Sequence record: OP310983.1
Length of the DNA stretch: 64,000 nucleotides
Direction: 5' to 3' (one strand)
The notes below the pieces were generated by a model. That model was not told the origin of the DNA. It saw only the letters and a list, made by a program, of their open reading frames with translations, and did not search any database. Position numbers and translations under genes: made by a program. Within the stretch, counting starts at the first letter, position 1. Each line of letters opens with the position of its first letter. Below are positions 6,656 to 22,870 of this stretch, piece by piece.

Positions 6656-8899
6656 ATGAGCGTACATGCCCTAAGAGAACTGTTTAAACACAAAGGCGAA
6701 AAGAATTACGAAGTCTTCTCAATGGAAGATTTCATTGGCCGCCTAGAAAGTGAAATTGGTCTAAATGACAGCGTTGTTAGTCAAGGTCGTTCCCTTATTA
6801 GCAGCATTTCACATGAAAACTTCGGTACCGTGCAAGCTACCGACATTCAAGATGCCGCTGCAATTTATAACAAAATGCAAATGCTCGTTAACGACTATGG
6901 TTTCGAACGAGTAAGTTCCAGTGATCCTCAAGTACGTGCTCGTGAAGAACGTGTCCGTGAGAACCAAATCACTGCTGCTACCATGGCTGCTATCGCCTGT
7001 GCTGATGAAACTAAATATATCCGTGCACTACGTGGTATTACCAAAGCTAAAGCTTCTAATGAAGATCATGTTAAGGTTGTACAGCATCAGTTCAATGGCC
7101 CTGCTGGTGGCATTCAAGTATTCGAAAATGGTGTTGGCCTAGAGAACTATAACGAGAAGTCACAGCGTGATTTCCGTGTTGTAACTATTGGTTATAACCT
7201 AGCTGCTAGCCGTCAGGATGAATTCGCTGAGCGTATCTATCCGACCACCGTTATCAACCCGATTGAAGGTGGTGTTGTTCAGGTTCTTCCTTACATCGCT
7301 GTAATGAAAGACGTTTACCACGAAGTATCCGGCGTTAAGATGGATAACGAAGAAGTGAACATGGTAGAAGCCTATCGTGATCCTTCCATCCTCGACGACG
7401 AAAGCATTGCACTAATTCCTGCCCTAGATCCGGCTGGTTCCAATGCTGACTTCTTCGTAGACCCGGCTCTTGTTCCTCCGTACACCATCAAGAACGAGCA
7501 GAACCTAACTATCACTACTGCTCCGCTAAAAGCGAACGTACGTCTTGATCTAATGGGTAACTCCAATGCTAACCTACTCATCCAGCGTGGCATGCTTGAA
7601 GTTTCTGACACCATTGATCCGGCTGGTCGTCTAAAGAACCTATTCGTTCTACTCGGTGGTAAAGTTGTTAAGTTCAAGGTTGACCGTCTACCTCGCGCTG
7701 TGTTCCAGCCCGATCTAGTTGGTGATACCCGGAACGCTGTTATCCGTTTCGATAGCGACGATCTAGTTGTTAGTGGCGATACCACTTTCATCGATGGTTC
7801 AGCTGACGGTGTTATCAATGATCTTAAGACCGCTAAACTAAGCCTACGTCTAAGCGTTGGTTTTGGTGGTACAATCAGCCTATCCAAAGGCGATTCTAAG
7901 TTTGGTGCTACCGACACTTACGTCGATAAAGTTCTAAACGAAGATGGTCAGGTAATGGATAATGCTGACCCGGCTGTTAAAGCTATTCTAGATCAGCTAA
8001 CTGACCTAGCGGTTATCGGTTTCGAACTAGACACTCGCTTCACCAACACTAACCGTCGTCAGCGTGGTCACCTACTACAGACCCGTGCGCTACAGTTCCG
8101 TCATCCGATCCCGATGCACGCTCCTGTAACTCTACCGATGGACACCATGACCGATGAAGGTCCGGGTGAGGTTGTTAAAGCTCTAACTGTTAACACCAAC
8201 ATCCGTAACAGCAACAACGCTGTTAAGCGCATGCTTAACTACCTTGCTCAACTACGTGAAGTTGTACACAATGGTTACAACCGTCCGAAGTTTGGTATCA
8301 TCGAAGGTGCACTATCCGCTGTAATGCGTCCGACCTATCGTTACAAAGAACTAGATCTTGAGAAAGTCATCGACACCATCAAGTCTAAAGATCGTTGGGA
8401 CGACGTTTGCGCTGCGATCCTAAACTGTGTTAAAGCTGAGCTATTCCCGGCTCACCGTGATTCCAACATTGAAGCTGCCTTCCGTGTTATCTCCGGTAAC
8501 CAGGATGAAACTCCGATGTATCTCTTCTGCTCCGACAAAGAGATTGCTAACTATCTAATGACTAAAGGTGACGACCGTACTCTAGGTGCTTATCTCAAGT
8601 ACGATATCGTTTCCACCAACAACCAGCTATTTGATGGTAAGCTAGTTGTAATTCCGACCCGCGCAGTACAACAAGAAAACGACATCCTCTCCTGGGGCCA
8701 GTTCTTCTACGTATCTACTGTTATCGCTGACCTACCGATCACTCGTGGTGGTCACCAGGTTACTCGCGAAATCGCGGCCATTCCGTTCAACCTACACGTC
8801 AACAACATTCCGTTCGCGCTAGAGTTCAAGATCACTGGCTTCCAGAAAGTCATGGGCGAAACTCAGTTCAACGGTAAGCTTGCTGATCTTAAGCCGTGA
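6656..8899 (+). CDS. gp120: major capsid protein (747 aa), propeptide removed at ...GVGLE|NYNEK
   Basis: Length and sequence recognised as phiKZ gp120; strongly biased codon usage; S/A/G-x-E protease sites in N-terminal part. Confidence 0.95.
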   Translation: MSVHALRELFKHKGEKNYEVFSMEDFIGRLESEIGLNDSVVSQGRSLISSISHENFGTVQATDIQDAAAIYNKMQMLVNDYGFERVSSSDPQVRAREERVRENQITAATMAAIACADETKYIRALRGITKAKASNEDHVKVVQHQFNGPAGGIQVFENGVGLENYNEKSQRDFRVVTIGYNLAASRQDEFAERIYPTTVINPIEGGVVQVLPYIAVMKDVYHEVSGVKMDNEEVNMVEAYRDPSILDDESIALIPALDPAGSNADFFVDPALVPPYTIKNEQNLTITTAPLKANVRLDLMGNSNANLLIQRGMLEVSDTIDPAGRLKNLFVLLGGKVVKFKVDRLPRAVFQPDLVGDTRNAVIRFDSDDLVVSGDTTFIDGSADGVINDLKTAKLSLRLSVGFGGTISLSKGDSKFGATDTYVDKVLNEDGQVMDNADPAVKAILDQLTDLAVIGFELDTRFTNTNRRQRGHLLQTRALQFRHPIPMHAPVTLPMDTMTDEGPGEVVKALTVNTNIRNSNNAVKRMLNYLAQLREVVHNGYNRPKFGIIEGALSAVMRPTYRYKELDLEKVIDTIKSKDRWDDVCAAILNCVKAELFPAHRDSNIEAAFRVISGNQDETPMYLFCSDKEIANYLMTKGDDRTLGAYLKYDIVSTNNQLFDGKLVVIPTRAVQQENDILSWGQFFYVSTVIADLPITRGGHQVTREIAAIPFNLHVNNIPFALEFKITGFQKVMGETQFNGKLADLKP

Positions 8900-8980
8900 G
8901 CTGGAAAGGGTTACCGTTATCTAGAAAATGGGACTATCCGTTATTTGGAAGACGGTAATGCCCGGAAGTTAGAAGAGTAA
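8900..8980 (+). other. in-frame 26-codon extension after capsid UGA (candidate readthrough tail)
   Basis: AGKGYRYLENGTIRYLEDGNARKLEE*; same frame as gp120; no own start or SD; terminator only after the TAA. Confidence 0.7.
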
Positions 8981-8984
8981 CAGA

Positions 8985-9015
8985 CATAGGCCCTCCCTTC
9001 GGGGAGGGCTTTATG
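8985..9015 (+). terminator. intrinsic terminator after capsid extension
   Basis: CATAG-GCCCTCCC-ttcg-GGGAGGGC-TTTATG. Confidence 0.85.
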
Positions 9016-9020
9016 TTGTA

Positions 9021-9054
9021 TTACATTAAAAAAAGTTTAAGATCTATATTACAG
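9021..9054 (+). promoter_or_regulatory. early (vRNAP) promoter
   Basis: TATATTAC at 9045-9052 (phiKZ early consensus) with upstream A-tract; 33/34 identical to 60736-60769. Confidence 0.8.
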
Positions 9055-9095
9055 TAATGATCATGATCTTCTAATTTAAAAATAGGTTAATCCAA

Positions 9096-9548
9096 ATGAA
9101 CGTTCAATTATTTCCAGAAGTCATCGAAAGATGGCAAGATGCCCTAAGGGTATCTCTTATAGAAAAAAATACCATGGTAGATAATAAGATGTCTACCGTA
9201 GATGATGATAAATACATTAATACTTTCTTTGAAGAATTCCATCCTGTTCAGGATGCCTTTATGCCCAAAGGGCTAGAGGACTTTATTACTGATTATGCCA
9301 AGAAAAACATTGAGGAGATCCTTCAAGAAAAACAGTTTAAGCGGGCCACCGAAAAGTTATATTGTTCGAGTGACCCGCATAAATGGCAGAAATCAAGTAA
9401 TAAGGAAAAGAGTGAATCCTTTAAGGGAAGGTCCGTACATCAAACTAAAAAGAGGCTCCCCAACATTGTAGATTTGGAGGCCGTTGTGATTAAGGTAGAT
9501 TTCAATGGTAATACTAAAAATTGCGGGGCTTACTCAAGTATCAGTTAA
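9096..9548 (+). CDS. hypothetical protein (gp121)
   Basis: TAGG SD, downstream of early promoter. Confidence 0.7.
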   Translation: MNVQLFPEVIERWQDALRVSLIEKNTMVDNKMSTVDDDKYINTFFEEFHPVQDAFMPKGLEDFITDYAKKNIEEILQEKQFKRATEKLYCSSDPHKWQKSSNKEKSESFKGRSVHQTKKRLPNIVDLEAVVIKVDFNGNTKNCGAYSSIS

Positions 9549-10587
9549 GCCTACTATCGATCACCCGTATGATAAGAAATCGGGAACTGCATACACTAAG
9601 GGTGATCCATACGCTAATTGGAATCTCCCTGTCTCACGTTTTGTTGAGTATCGGAATGAATCATTTCATCGTATTACTGTAGTCGATTCATCTGGTCACG
9701 CTATCAATATTGGGACATCCCGTAAGTATGTAATGTCTAATAGACTAGTAGTTAAGGTCATTTACCGATGGAGTGGTGATGATAGTTTTAACTATGAAGT
9801 TATGGCTAAATCTATTCCAGGTTTTACACCTGAGGAAATGTTAGAATATATTCAGTCATTTAGTCGACAGACATTCGATCAGTTTAATAACCAGCTATCT
9901 GAGATTACTATTTGGTATTCAATTGACTTATCAAAACTAGTAGATCAGTATCATGGTGGTTGGATTCAGAGTTTAGGTATCCAAGTATTTAAAACTGAGT
10001 ATAGTCAGTATTTTGAATTTTATCCAAATAGAAATATTAGTCCTCCTGGTTACAGCGGACTTAGTCCAGAAGAAGAAGCACTTTCTAATCAAGTATGGAA
10101 TGAAACATATTCTTTAACGTATAATACTGACATCAATAAACCAGATAAATTGTTTTATGTAATGGCTGGCAGAATTATGGCCATTGAGTCAATCTACAAT
10201 CCATCATTAGATCCTGGTCTTATTGTTAATATCCGTGGTAAGCATGGATGTATTAGTCATAATGGCGAAAAGAGATATGTAATACCTCCTGAACAGTTCC
10301 ATGAAAATGGTTTCTTTAGAACACATGAAGAAGCTGCTGCAATGGTTGGAATTAAAGATAAGAAAGTTATTGAACGTCTTAAGACTGCACTCTTAACAGC
10401 GGCTGATATTAAGGAAAGGGAAGCCCAGGAAAAAGCAGCTGGTACGTTTGATAAAGAATTCAAACCAAAAGATGTTGTATTGATTCATGGTCTAAAATGG
10501 GGTGATCTAAACTCCATTGCCTCTGATCTAGTATCATCCATTAAAATTGTAGGTTCACTGATGGATTTAATTTTGCCAAAAGTTTAG
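9505..10587 (+). CDS. hypothetical protein (gp122)
   Basis: 360-aa ORF, AAGGT SD, cotranscribed with gp123. Confidence 0.8.
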   Translation: MVILKIAGLTQVSVKPTIDHPYDKKSGTAYTKGDPYANWNLPVSRFVEYRNESFHRITVVDSSGHAINIGTSRKYVMSNRLVVKVIYRWSGDDSFNYEVMAKSIPGFTPEEMLEYIQSFSRQTFDQFNNQLSEITIWYSIDLSKLVDQYHGGWIQSLGIQVFKTEYSQYFEFYPNRNISPPGYSGLSPEEEALSNQVWNETYSLTYNTDINKPDKLFYVMAGRIMAIESIYNPSLDPGLIVNIRGKHGCISHNGEKRYVIPPEQFHENGFFRTHEEAAAMVGIKDKKVIERLKTALLTAADIKEREAQEKAAGTFDKEFKPKDVVLIHGLKWGDLNSIASDLVSSIKIVGSLMDLILPKV

Positions 10588-10596
10588 GAGTTTATA

Positions 10597-12228
10597 ATGC
10601 CGGATCCATTTCTAATTGAAAAGATTCGTGAAAATACGCCTTGCATGAATCCAACACTAGCAAATGGTATCACAGTCGAACACACCATGACTCGTGATCC
10701 AAATACTGGTGTTAATATGACCAGGCGTTATATTGATTCTTTATTTGATATCAGTTCAGTTCTATTTCCCGATGGCTTCAAATATGAAGGCAATCGTGCA
10801 TGTACACCGCTTAAGCATTTTGAAGAGATTACTCGGGAATATAATGCTAAGCGTATTGCCAATATTGCTCCAACTGACATGTACATGATTGACCTAATGT
10901 TTAGTTATAAAGGGGAAATGCTTTATCCTCGTCCAATGTTGTTACCAGCTTTTAAGAGAGGCAATATGGTAACTATCAATGGTGCGAAATATATCGGTTC
11001 ACCAGTATTAACTGATGTTGGGTTCTCTGTACTTAATGATAGCATCTTCATCCCGTTTCGTCGTACTAAGCTAACCTTTAAACAAACTGACCACCATTAC
11101 ATGTGCAATGGTCAGCGTAAAATCATGTATGTGATCTGGTCACAGATTCACAATGAAATGGCTAAGCGTACTAAACGAGATCTGGATAATCGACCACATA
11201 TTGAGTCATGTTTAGCTCATTATTTCTTCTGTCAGTTTGGAGTAACTCAAACTTTCAAACAATGGGCTAATGTAGATGTTAAGTGTGGACTACTGTCTGA
11301 TTTTCCTGAAGAAGAATATCCACGTGAAAAGTGGAATATTTATTCCAGTGCAACATTAAAAGGCAAACACCCAACCGGCGAAATGGTTCTTGTTATGCCT
11401 CGTCACCAAGAATCTATTTTTGCCACACGACTTATCGCTGGTTTCTGGTATGTAGTCGATGCATTTCCAATGCGATTCACTCGACCTGAATATGTAGATA
11501 GTACCAACTTATGGCGTGTTATCCTAGGTCACATGGTGTTTGGTGATTTTGAACACCAAGGTAAGGTAGAGGAAAACATTGATTCACACCTACACAGTTT
11601 CTGTAATTCACTAGACGAAATGACTATTGAAGAACTTAAAACAGTTGGTGTCAATGTAAGTACTATTTGGGAACTTCTTTACGAGATCATGACTAGTTTG
11701 GCTCACCATCTTTATGCTACTGATATTGATGAAACTAGTATGTATGGTAAAAGGTTAACAGTACTGCATTACTTGATGTCAGAGTTTAACTATGCTGTAA
11801 GTATGTTTGGCTATATGTTCCAGTCTAGGCGTGATCGTGAATGGACTGTACAAGAGCTAAATGAAGGTTTAAAGCGTTCCTTTAAACTACAGACAGCTAT
11901 TAAACGATTAACAGTGGATCATGGTGAACTCGATACAATGAGTAATCCAAACTCTAGTATGCTGATTAAAGGGACATCTATCCTAGTTACACAGGACCGA
12001 GCTAAAACAGCTAAGGCGCATAATAAGTCTCTAATCAATGACTCATCTAGGATTATTCACGCATCTATTGCTGAGGTAGGTCAATATAAAAACCAACCCA
12101 AGAACAACCCGGATGGTCGAGGTAGGCTTAACATGTATACCAAAGTGGGTCCAACTGGACTAGTTGAACGTCGTGAAGAAGTACGTGAAATAATTGATAA
12201 TGCTCAATTAATGTTCCGTGCAAAATAA
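10597..12228 (+). CDS. gp123: non-virion RNA polymerase beta subunit, N-terminal part
   Basis: 543 aa; fork-loop-like QPKNNPDGRGRLN near C-terminus; position matches phiKZ gp123. Confidence 0.85.
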   Translation: MPDPFLIEKIRENTPCMNPTLANGITVEHTMTRDPNTGVNMTRRYIDSLFDISSVLFPDGFKYEGNRACTPLKHFEEITREYNAKRIANIAPTDMYMIDLMFSYKGEMLYPRPMLLPAFKRGNMVTINGAKYIGSPVLTDVGFSVLNDSIFIPFRRTKLTFKQTDHHYMCNGQRKIMYVIWSQIHNEMAKRTKRDLDNRPHIESCLAHYFFCQFGVTQTFKQWANVDVKCGLLSDFPEEEYPREKWNIYSSATLKGKHPTGEMVLVMPRHQESIFATRLIAGFWYVVDAFPMRFTRPEYVDSTNLWRVILGHMVFGDFEHQGKVEENIDSHLHSFCNSLDEMTIEELKTVGVNVSTIWELLYEIMTSLAHHLYATDIDETSMYGKRLTVLHYLMSEFNYAVSMFGYMFQSRRDREWTVQELNEGLKRSFKLQTAIKRLTVDHGELDTMSNPNSSMLIKGTSILVTQDRAKTAKAHNKSLINDSSRIIHASIAEVGQYKNQPKNNPDGRGRLNMYTKVGPTGLVERREEVREIIDNAQLMFRAK

Positions 12229-12263
12229 ATTAAATCTTTAACTACTTAATAGGTAATATTCAC

Positions 12264-14429
12264 ATGAACTATGCACAGTACAATCTACCTGTCGATTTTG
12301 AGAGTGTAGATACCAGTACTTTCGATCCTAACCTACCCAATGGAAATTATCTGTTTAGCCTACCGCTACAGTTATCACCACATCAACAGCATCCTCAACT
12401 ACAACCATATTTCAATGGCGTAATTGGGTTGTTCCGGCTGAATGCTCAAAATGCTGCTACTACCACCCAGCTTCATGCATTTGCGTATAATCTGCTATCT
12501 AGTAATGGTTTCCAGAATAACTATTATCAACAGTGGGCTCAGAAAGTTATTGACTTTCTAGAGTTTCTATTTGTTCATCGCCAGATGGTGAATAACCCAC
12601 AGCAGGCAATGCAACAAGCTGCATCTTTAGTATGGTCTGGTTTTGTTGGTAAATGTGCTCAAACCTACCCACAGCTACAAAGTCTAGTTCAACATCTAAT
12701 GCCGAATATCCAACAGGCACTTGGTGTAATCGGGCAGATTGAATCAGATATCCAAAAGATGCGTATGGGTGGTAATACCATGATGCAGGGTGGATATCAA
12801 CAACCTGGTGTGCAGCCTGGAGGTTTTCCTGGGATGGGTGCAGCAATGGGTCGTCCTGGCATGGGTTCACAACTACCTCCAATTAATGCTGGTATCCAAC
12901 AGACTTATGGTCAACCGGCTACCATGGCTAATCCACAGCTGAACATTCCAGGGGCATATACACCAACAACTAATCATGACACTGGTGCATCAATTGCAAA
13001 TGCTGCATATGACGTACCTGGTTCTTCTCCTTTCCTGGAAAATAAACCAGTCATGCAACCTAAAGACTCTTGGGGCGCTACTGTTGAAGTATCTCCAAAT
13101 AGCAGTTATGATACAATCCCTGGTGGAGGTGATGTAATGATTCTACCTGAACTACAACAAAATGCAAATACTGTAACTAATGATAATACGGATCTACCCA
13201 TCCCTCAAGATGTGAAAGAACTCGTATTCGATCCGAACTATTATGTACCCAACGGATTTGTAATTAATAAAGATCGTCCGATGGATGTTATCTATAATCC
13301 GGGCGGTATTGAAATCCGACCTGCTCATCTAGTTGCAGATAAACCTGATTGGGTACGTACGGCTAGTTCAGCTAATCCATACAGCATCCTAATGGACCCG
13401 GCAGTATATTGTCGCTTCCTTGCTAAATGGCCTGATAACACTGTACATGAAGTATATCGTAAGTGGGAGAATCACATGGAAATGGATTATCTAAAGCATG
13501 AGCTTCAAGATGATCTTCGTCGTCAAGCACATCGTGGTGGCGGTGCACGCACTGTAACTAGTTATAAGCTATCTACCATTATGGGTGATGCCAAACCGGT
13601 TAAAGAAGTAGCCGAAGAGTTTTCACCAAATGATGCTGGGTTAACTGATAATCGTGAACATGATCCAGTTATCCTAGAAGGTTATATTGCTTGTGCAAAT
13701 AATCTTGAAGCAGAAGCTGGTGCACTCAATGCAGTTCGTGAAGCACTTGAGCTAAGCGAAGATGATGTAGTTCCAGCACATGAGTATCGCGCAGCATCAT
13801 CCCATCCATTTGATGCTTCAACTGAAGTCATGTATGAGATCGAGGATATTCGAAAAGAACCCGATCCGCATCTAATTGCAAAGCGCCTTAAGCAACTAAT
13901 GCTAGATGGTAAGCTGGCTCAACGCTACTATCGGTTCCTAGTTGAAAGGCTCACCAGTGCAGTTAATGAGTTCCTGGCTGATTCAATGAGTCAGAAGGTA
14001 ACCATTGATGACTTCTGTGAAGATATCGGTGACCTTATCGCATATCTGATCGGTAAGAAGGGTAAGTCAGTAGCTGATAAATTTACCGCTAGTATTCCGT
14101 TTATTGTTGGACGGAGTATGTGTGTTAATATTGATCCAGAAGAAGGTAATTCTATTCTAGATCTATCAGTGCGTTTCCAAACTGGCTGGCGCCTTGAGGA
14201 ACTATCCTGCCTAAATATTTATACCGAGAAAGCAGTGCTTATCAGTAAACTTACTGAACCTAAGATTACTCAAGTAATCATGGGAATGGCAAAGCGTCTA
14301 AATAGCTCTAAAGATTCAGATGATGCACGTACCCACAAAATGTACATTATCACTGCTGATGGATCTTATCTACAAGTTATTCGTGGCGCTCTTGTTGATA
14401 ATGCTGTTCTACTTAAGCTTATCAAATAA
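12264..14429 (+). CDS. large hypothetical protein with Q/G/P/M low-complexity region (gp124)
   Basis: 721-aa ORF; MRMGGNTMMQGGYQQPGVQPGGFPGMG... segment. Confidence 0.8.
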   Translation: MNYAQYNLPVDFESVDTSTFDPNLPNGNYLFSLPLQLSPHQQHPQLQPYFNGVIGLFRLNAQNAATTTQLHAFAYNLLSSNGFQNNYYQQWAQKVIDFLEFLFVHRQMVNNPQQAMQQAASLVWSGFVGKCAQTYPQLQSLVQHLMPNIQQALGVIGQIESDIQKMRMGGNTMMQGGYQQPGVQPGGFPGMGAAMGRPGMGSQLPPINAGIQQTYGQPATMANPQLNIPGAYTPTTNHDTGASIANAAYDVPGSSPFLENKPVMQPKDSWGATVEVSPNSSYDTIPGGGDVMILPELQQNANTVTNDNTDLPIPQDVKELVFDPNYYVPNGFVINKDRPMDVIYNPGGIEIRPAHLVADKPDWVRTASSANPYSILMDPAVYCRFLAKWPDNTVHEVYRKWENHMEMDYLKHELQDDLRRQAHRGGGARTVTSYKLSTIMGDAKPVKEVAEEFSPNDAGLTDNREHDPVILEGYIACANNLEAEAGALNAVREALELSEDDVVPAHEYRAASSHPFDASTEVMYEIEDIRKEPDPHLIAKRLKQLMLDGKLAQRYYRFLVERLTSAVNEFLADSMSQKVTIDDFCEDIGDLIAYLIGKKGKSVADKFTASIPFIVGRSMCVNIDPEEGNSILDLSVRFQTGWRLEELSCLNIYTEKAVLISKLTEPKITQVIMGMAKRLNSSKDSDDARTHKMYIITADGSYLQVIRGALVDNAVLLKLIK

Positions 14430-14430
14430 G

Positions 14431-14462
14431 CATGAAAGCCCCTCTTCGGAGGGGCTTATTTA
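14431..14462 (+). terminator. intrinsic terminator
   Basis: AAGCCCCTC-ttcg-GAGGGGCTT-ATTT. Confidence 0.8.
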
Positions 14463-14509
14463 TGAGTAATGTATAGTTTAATCAAATATTGTAAAAAAGG
14501 AGTAATACA

Positions 14510-15142
14510 ATGCTAGCTAAAATGAATAAATTCTTTAAAGAATTACTAAACAAAAATACGGTGAATATGGCAGGACTATTCGATGATGTGGTATTGATGA
14601 ATAGTTATAGTAACTATAAACCAGATTTTAATGACACTGTAGAAGTAAATACAAAATGTGATCTACCGGCAAATGGTAAAGTTCTAGTTCTATATGTCGT
14701 TCAAGATACAATGGATATGTATATTTGGGATGGCCAACAATATCTTTCTTATAATCCATATTCCACTGAGCAATTAGCACCAATGATTGATGACCCATCA
14801 GCATTTATTCCATCAACCAAAGCTAATACTTCTCTAAAAGTAACTTATGGTATCTGGGCGCTTAAGAAAGATCTAGAAACTATCCAGAAGTATTCAATTG
14901 GAATGCACACTCTTCTTGATAAACATTCACTAGCACGAGTTAATGATAAGAATCCTATTAATAAGGTATTCTTCGAAACATGTCATAAAGCCCTATATAC
15001 TGCACTTCGTGAATCATACAAAAACAATATGGTTAAACCACAAATCGCAGATGCAGTTACCAAGGAAGGATGTTGGTTTGGGCGAGATCATCGATCTAAT
15101 AAACTGTCATTTAAATGCGGTGAATTTAAGGTTGAATGGTAA
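14510..15142 (+). CDS. hypothetical protein (gp125)
   Basis: AAGGAG SD; 210-aa ORF. Confidence 0.8.
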   Translation: MLAKMNKFFKELLNKNTVNMAGLFDDVVLMNSYSNYKPDFNDTVEVNTKCDLPANGKVLVLYVVQDTMDMYIWDGQQYLSYNPYSTEQLAPMIDDPSAFIPSTKANTSLKVTYGIWALKKDLETIQKYSIGMHTLLDKHSLARVNDKNPINKVFFETCHKALYTALRESYKNNMVKPQIADAVTKEGCWFGRDHRSNKLSFKCGEFKVEW

Positions 15143-15155
15143 TAATTAAGTAATG

Positions 15156-15191
15156 GCATAAACCCCTCTCCGCATGGAGAGGGGCTATGTC
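15156..15191. terminator. bidirectional terminator
   Basis: CCCCTCTCC-gcat-GGAGAGGGG between convergent genes. Confidence 0.75.
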
Positions 15192-15206
15192 TTTATTTTT
15201 TTTTAT

Positions 15207-15650
15207 TTAACTGCTTTCAAATTCAAGAGTTACTGGTATTGTTGGTATCCACGACAAGTTATTAAAGTATGGATGTATCGTAACCGTATTCCCAGTAATA
15301 GGTTGCGGTTGTATCTCATCTATAATAAATGGAATACCGTAAACATCTCTTAATTTTTCAGCTACTTCTAAATTATCAGTATAGTCAGTTGGTTTACCCG
15401 GTACTTTTATACCAAGACAGTACTCTGGTAAAGAGCGTCTATTAAAGTAAATAACTGTCTCACCTTTAAAATAAAGTGAACTGGTCTTCGCTCTCATTGT
15501 TGTTTTGGCATTTGTACCAGTTGCTAAGAATGTATCAGTCCCTATAAATTCAACATCATCAACAGTTAAATCCCTAGGCTTACCATTATTATCTTTAGGT
15601 TTATTAGCCACATTCCAAGCAGCTACTAATTCAGCTCTTGTATCAGCCAT
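15207..15650 (-). CDS. virion structural protein, YxRL-family paralogue (gp126)
   Basis: VIYFNRRSL motif similar to gp127/gp143/gp158; in structural operon. Confidence 0.65.
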   Translation of the reverse strand: MADTRAELVAAWNVANKPKDNNGKPRDLTVDDVEFIGTDTFLATGTNAKTTMRAKTSSLYFKGETVIYFNRRSLPEYCLGIKVPGKPTDYTDNLEVAEKLRDVYGIPFIIDEIQPQPITGNTVTIHPYFNNLSWIPTIPVTLEFESS

Positions 15651-15658
15651 TACACACC

Positions 15659-16534
<876 letters not shown>

Positions 16535-16541
16535 TCGCTCC

Positions 16542-18722
<2,181 letters not shown>

Positions 18723-18742
18723 TTACTCACTTTAAAATTTAG

Positions 18743-21442
<2,700 letters not shown>

Positions 21443-21453
21443 TTTCTAAACAA

Positions 21454-21486
21454 CATAATGCCCTCCCATTACGGGAGGGCATTATG
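21454..21486. terminator. bidirectional terminator
   Basis: Perfect 14-bp stem CATAATGCCCTCCC-attac-GGGAGGGCATTATG between convergent genes. Confidence 0.85.
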
Positions 21487-21489
21487 ACG

Positions 21490-22773
<1,284 letters not shown>

Positions 22774-22870
22774 CTATTAGTCTCCATGGAATGATTGGAC
22801 AATCCTATGTGAATTTCACATCATTACGCTAACAAATTGCGCAATAGCGTTTTATTAAAGGAGGGCAACC

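Noticed and set aside
7372-7917. 181-aa antisense ORF inside the capsid gene
   Set aside because: Shadow of strong codon bias in gp120; S/R/T-rich composition and no SD
9505-9548. Possible frameshift fusion of gp121 and gp122
   Set aside because: gp122 has its own SD and ATG; no slippery site with stimulator seen
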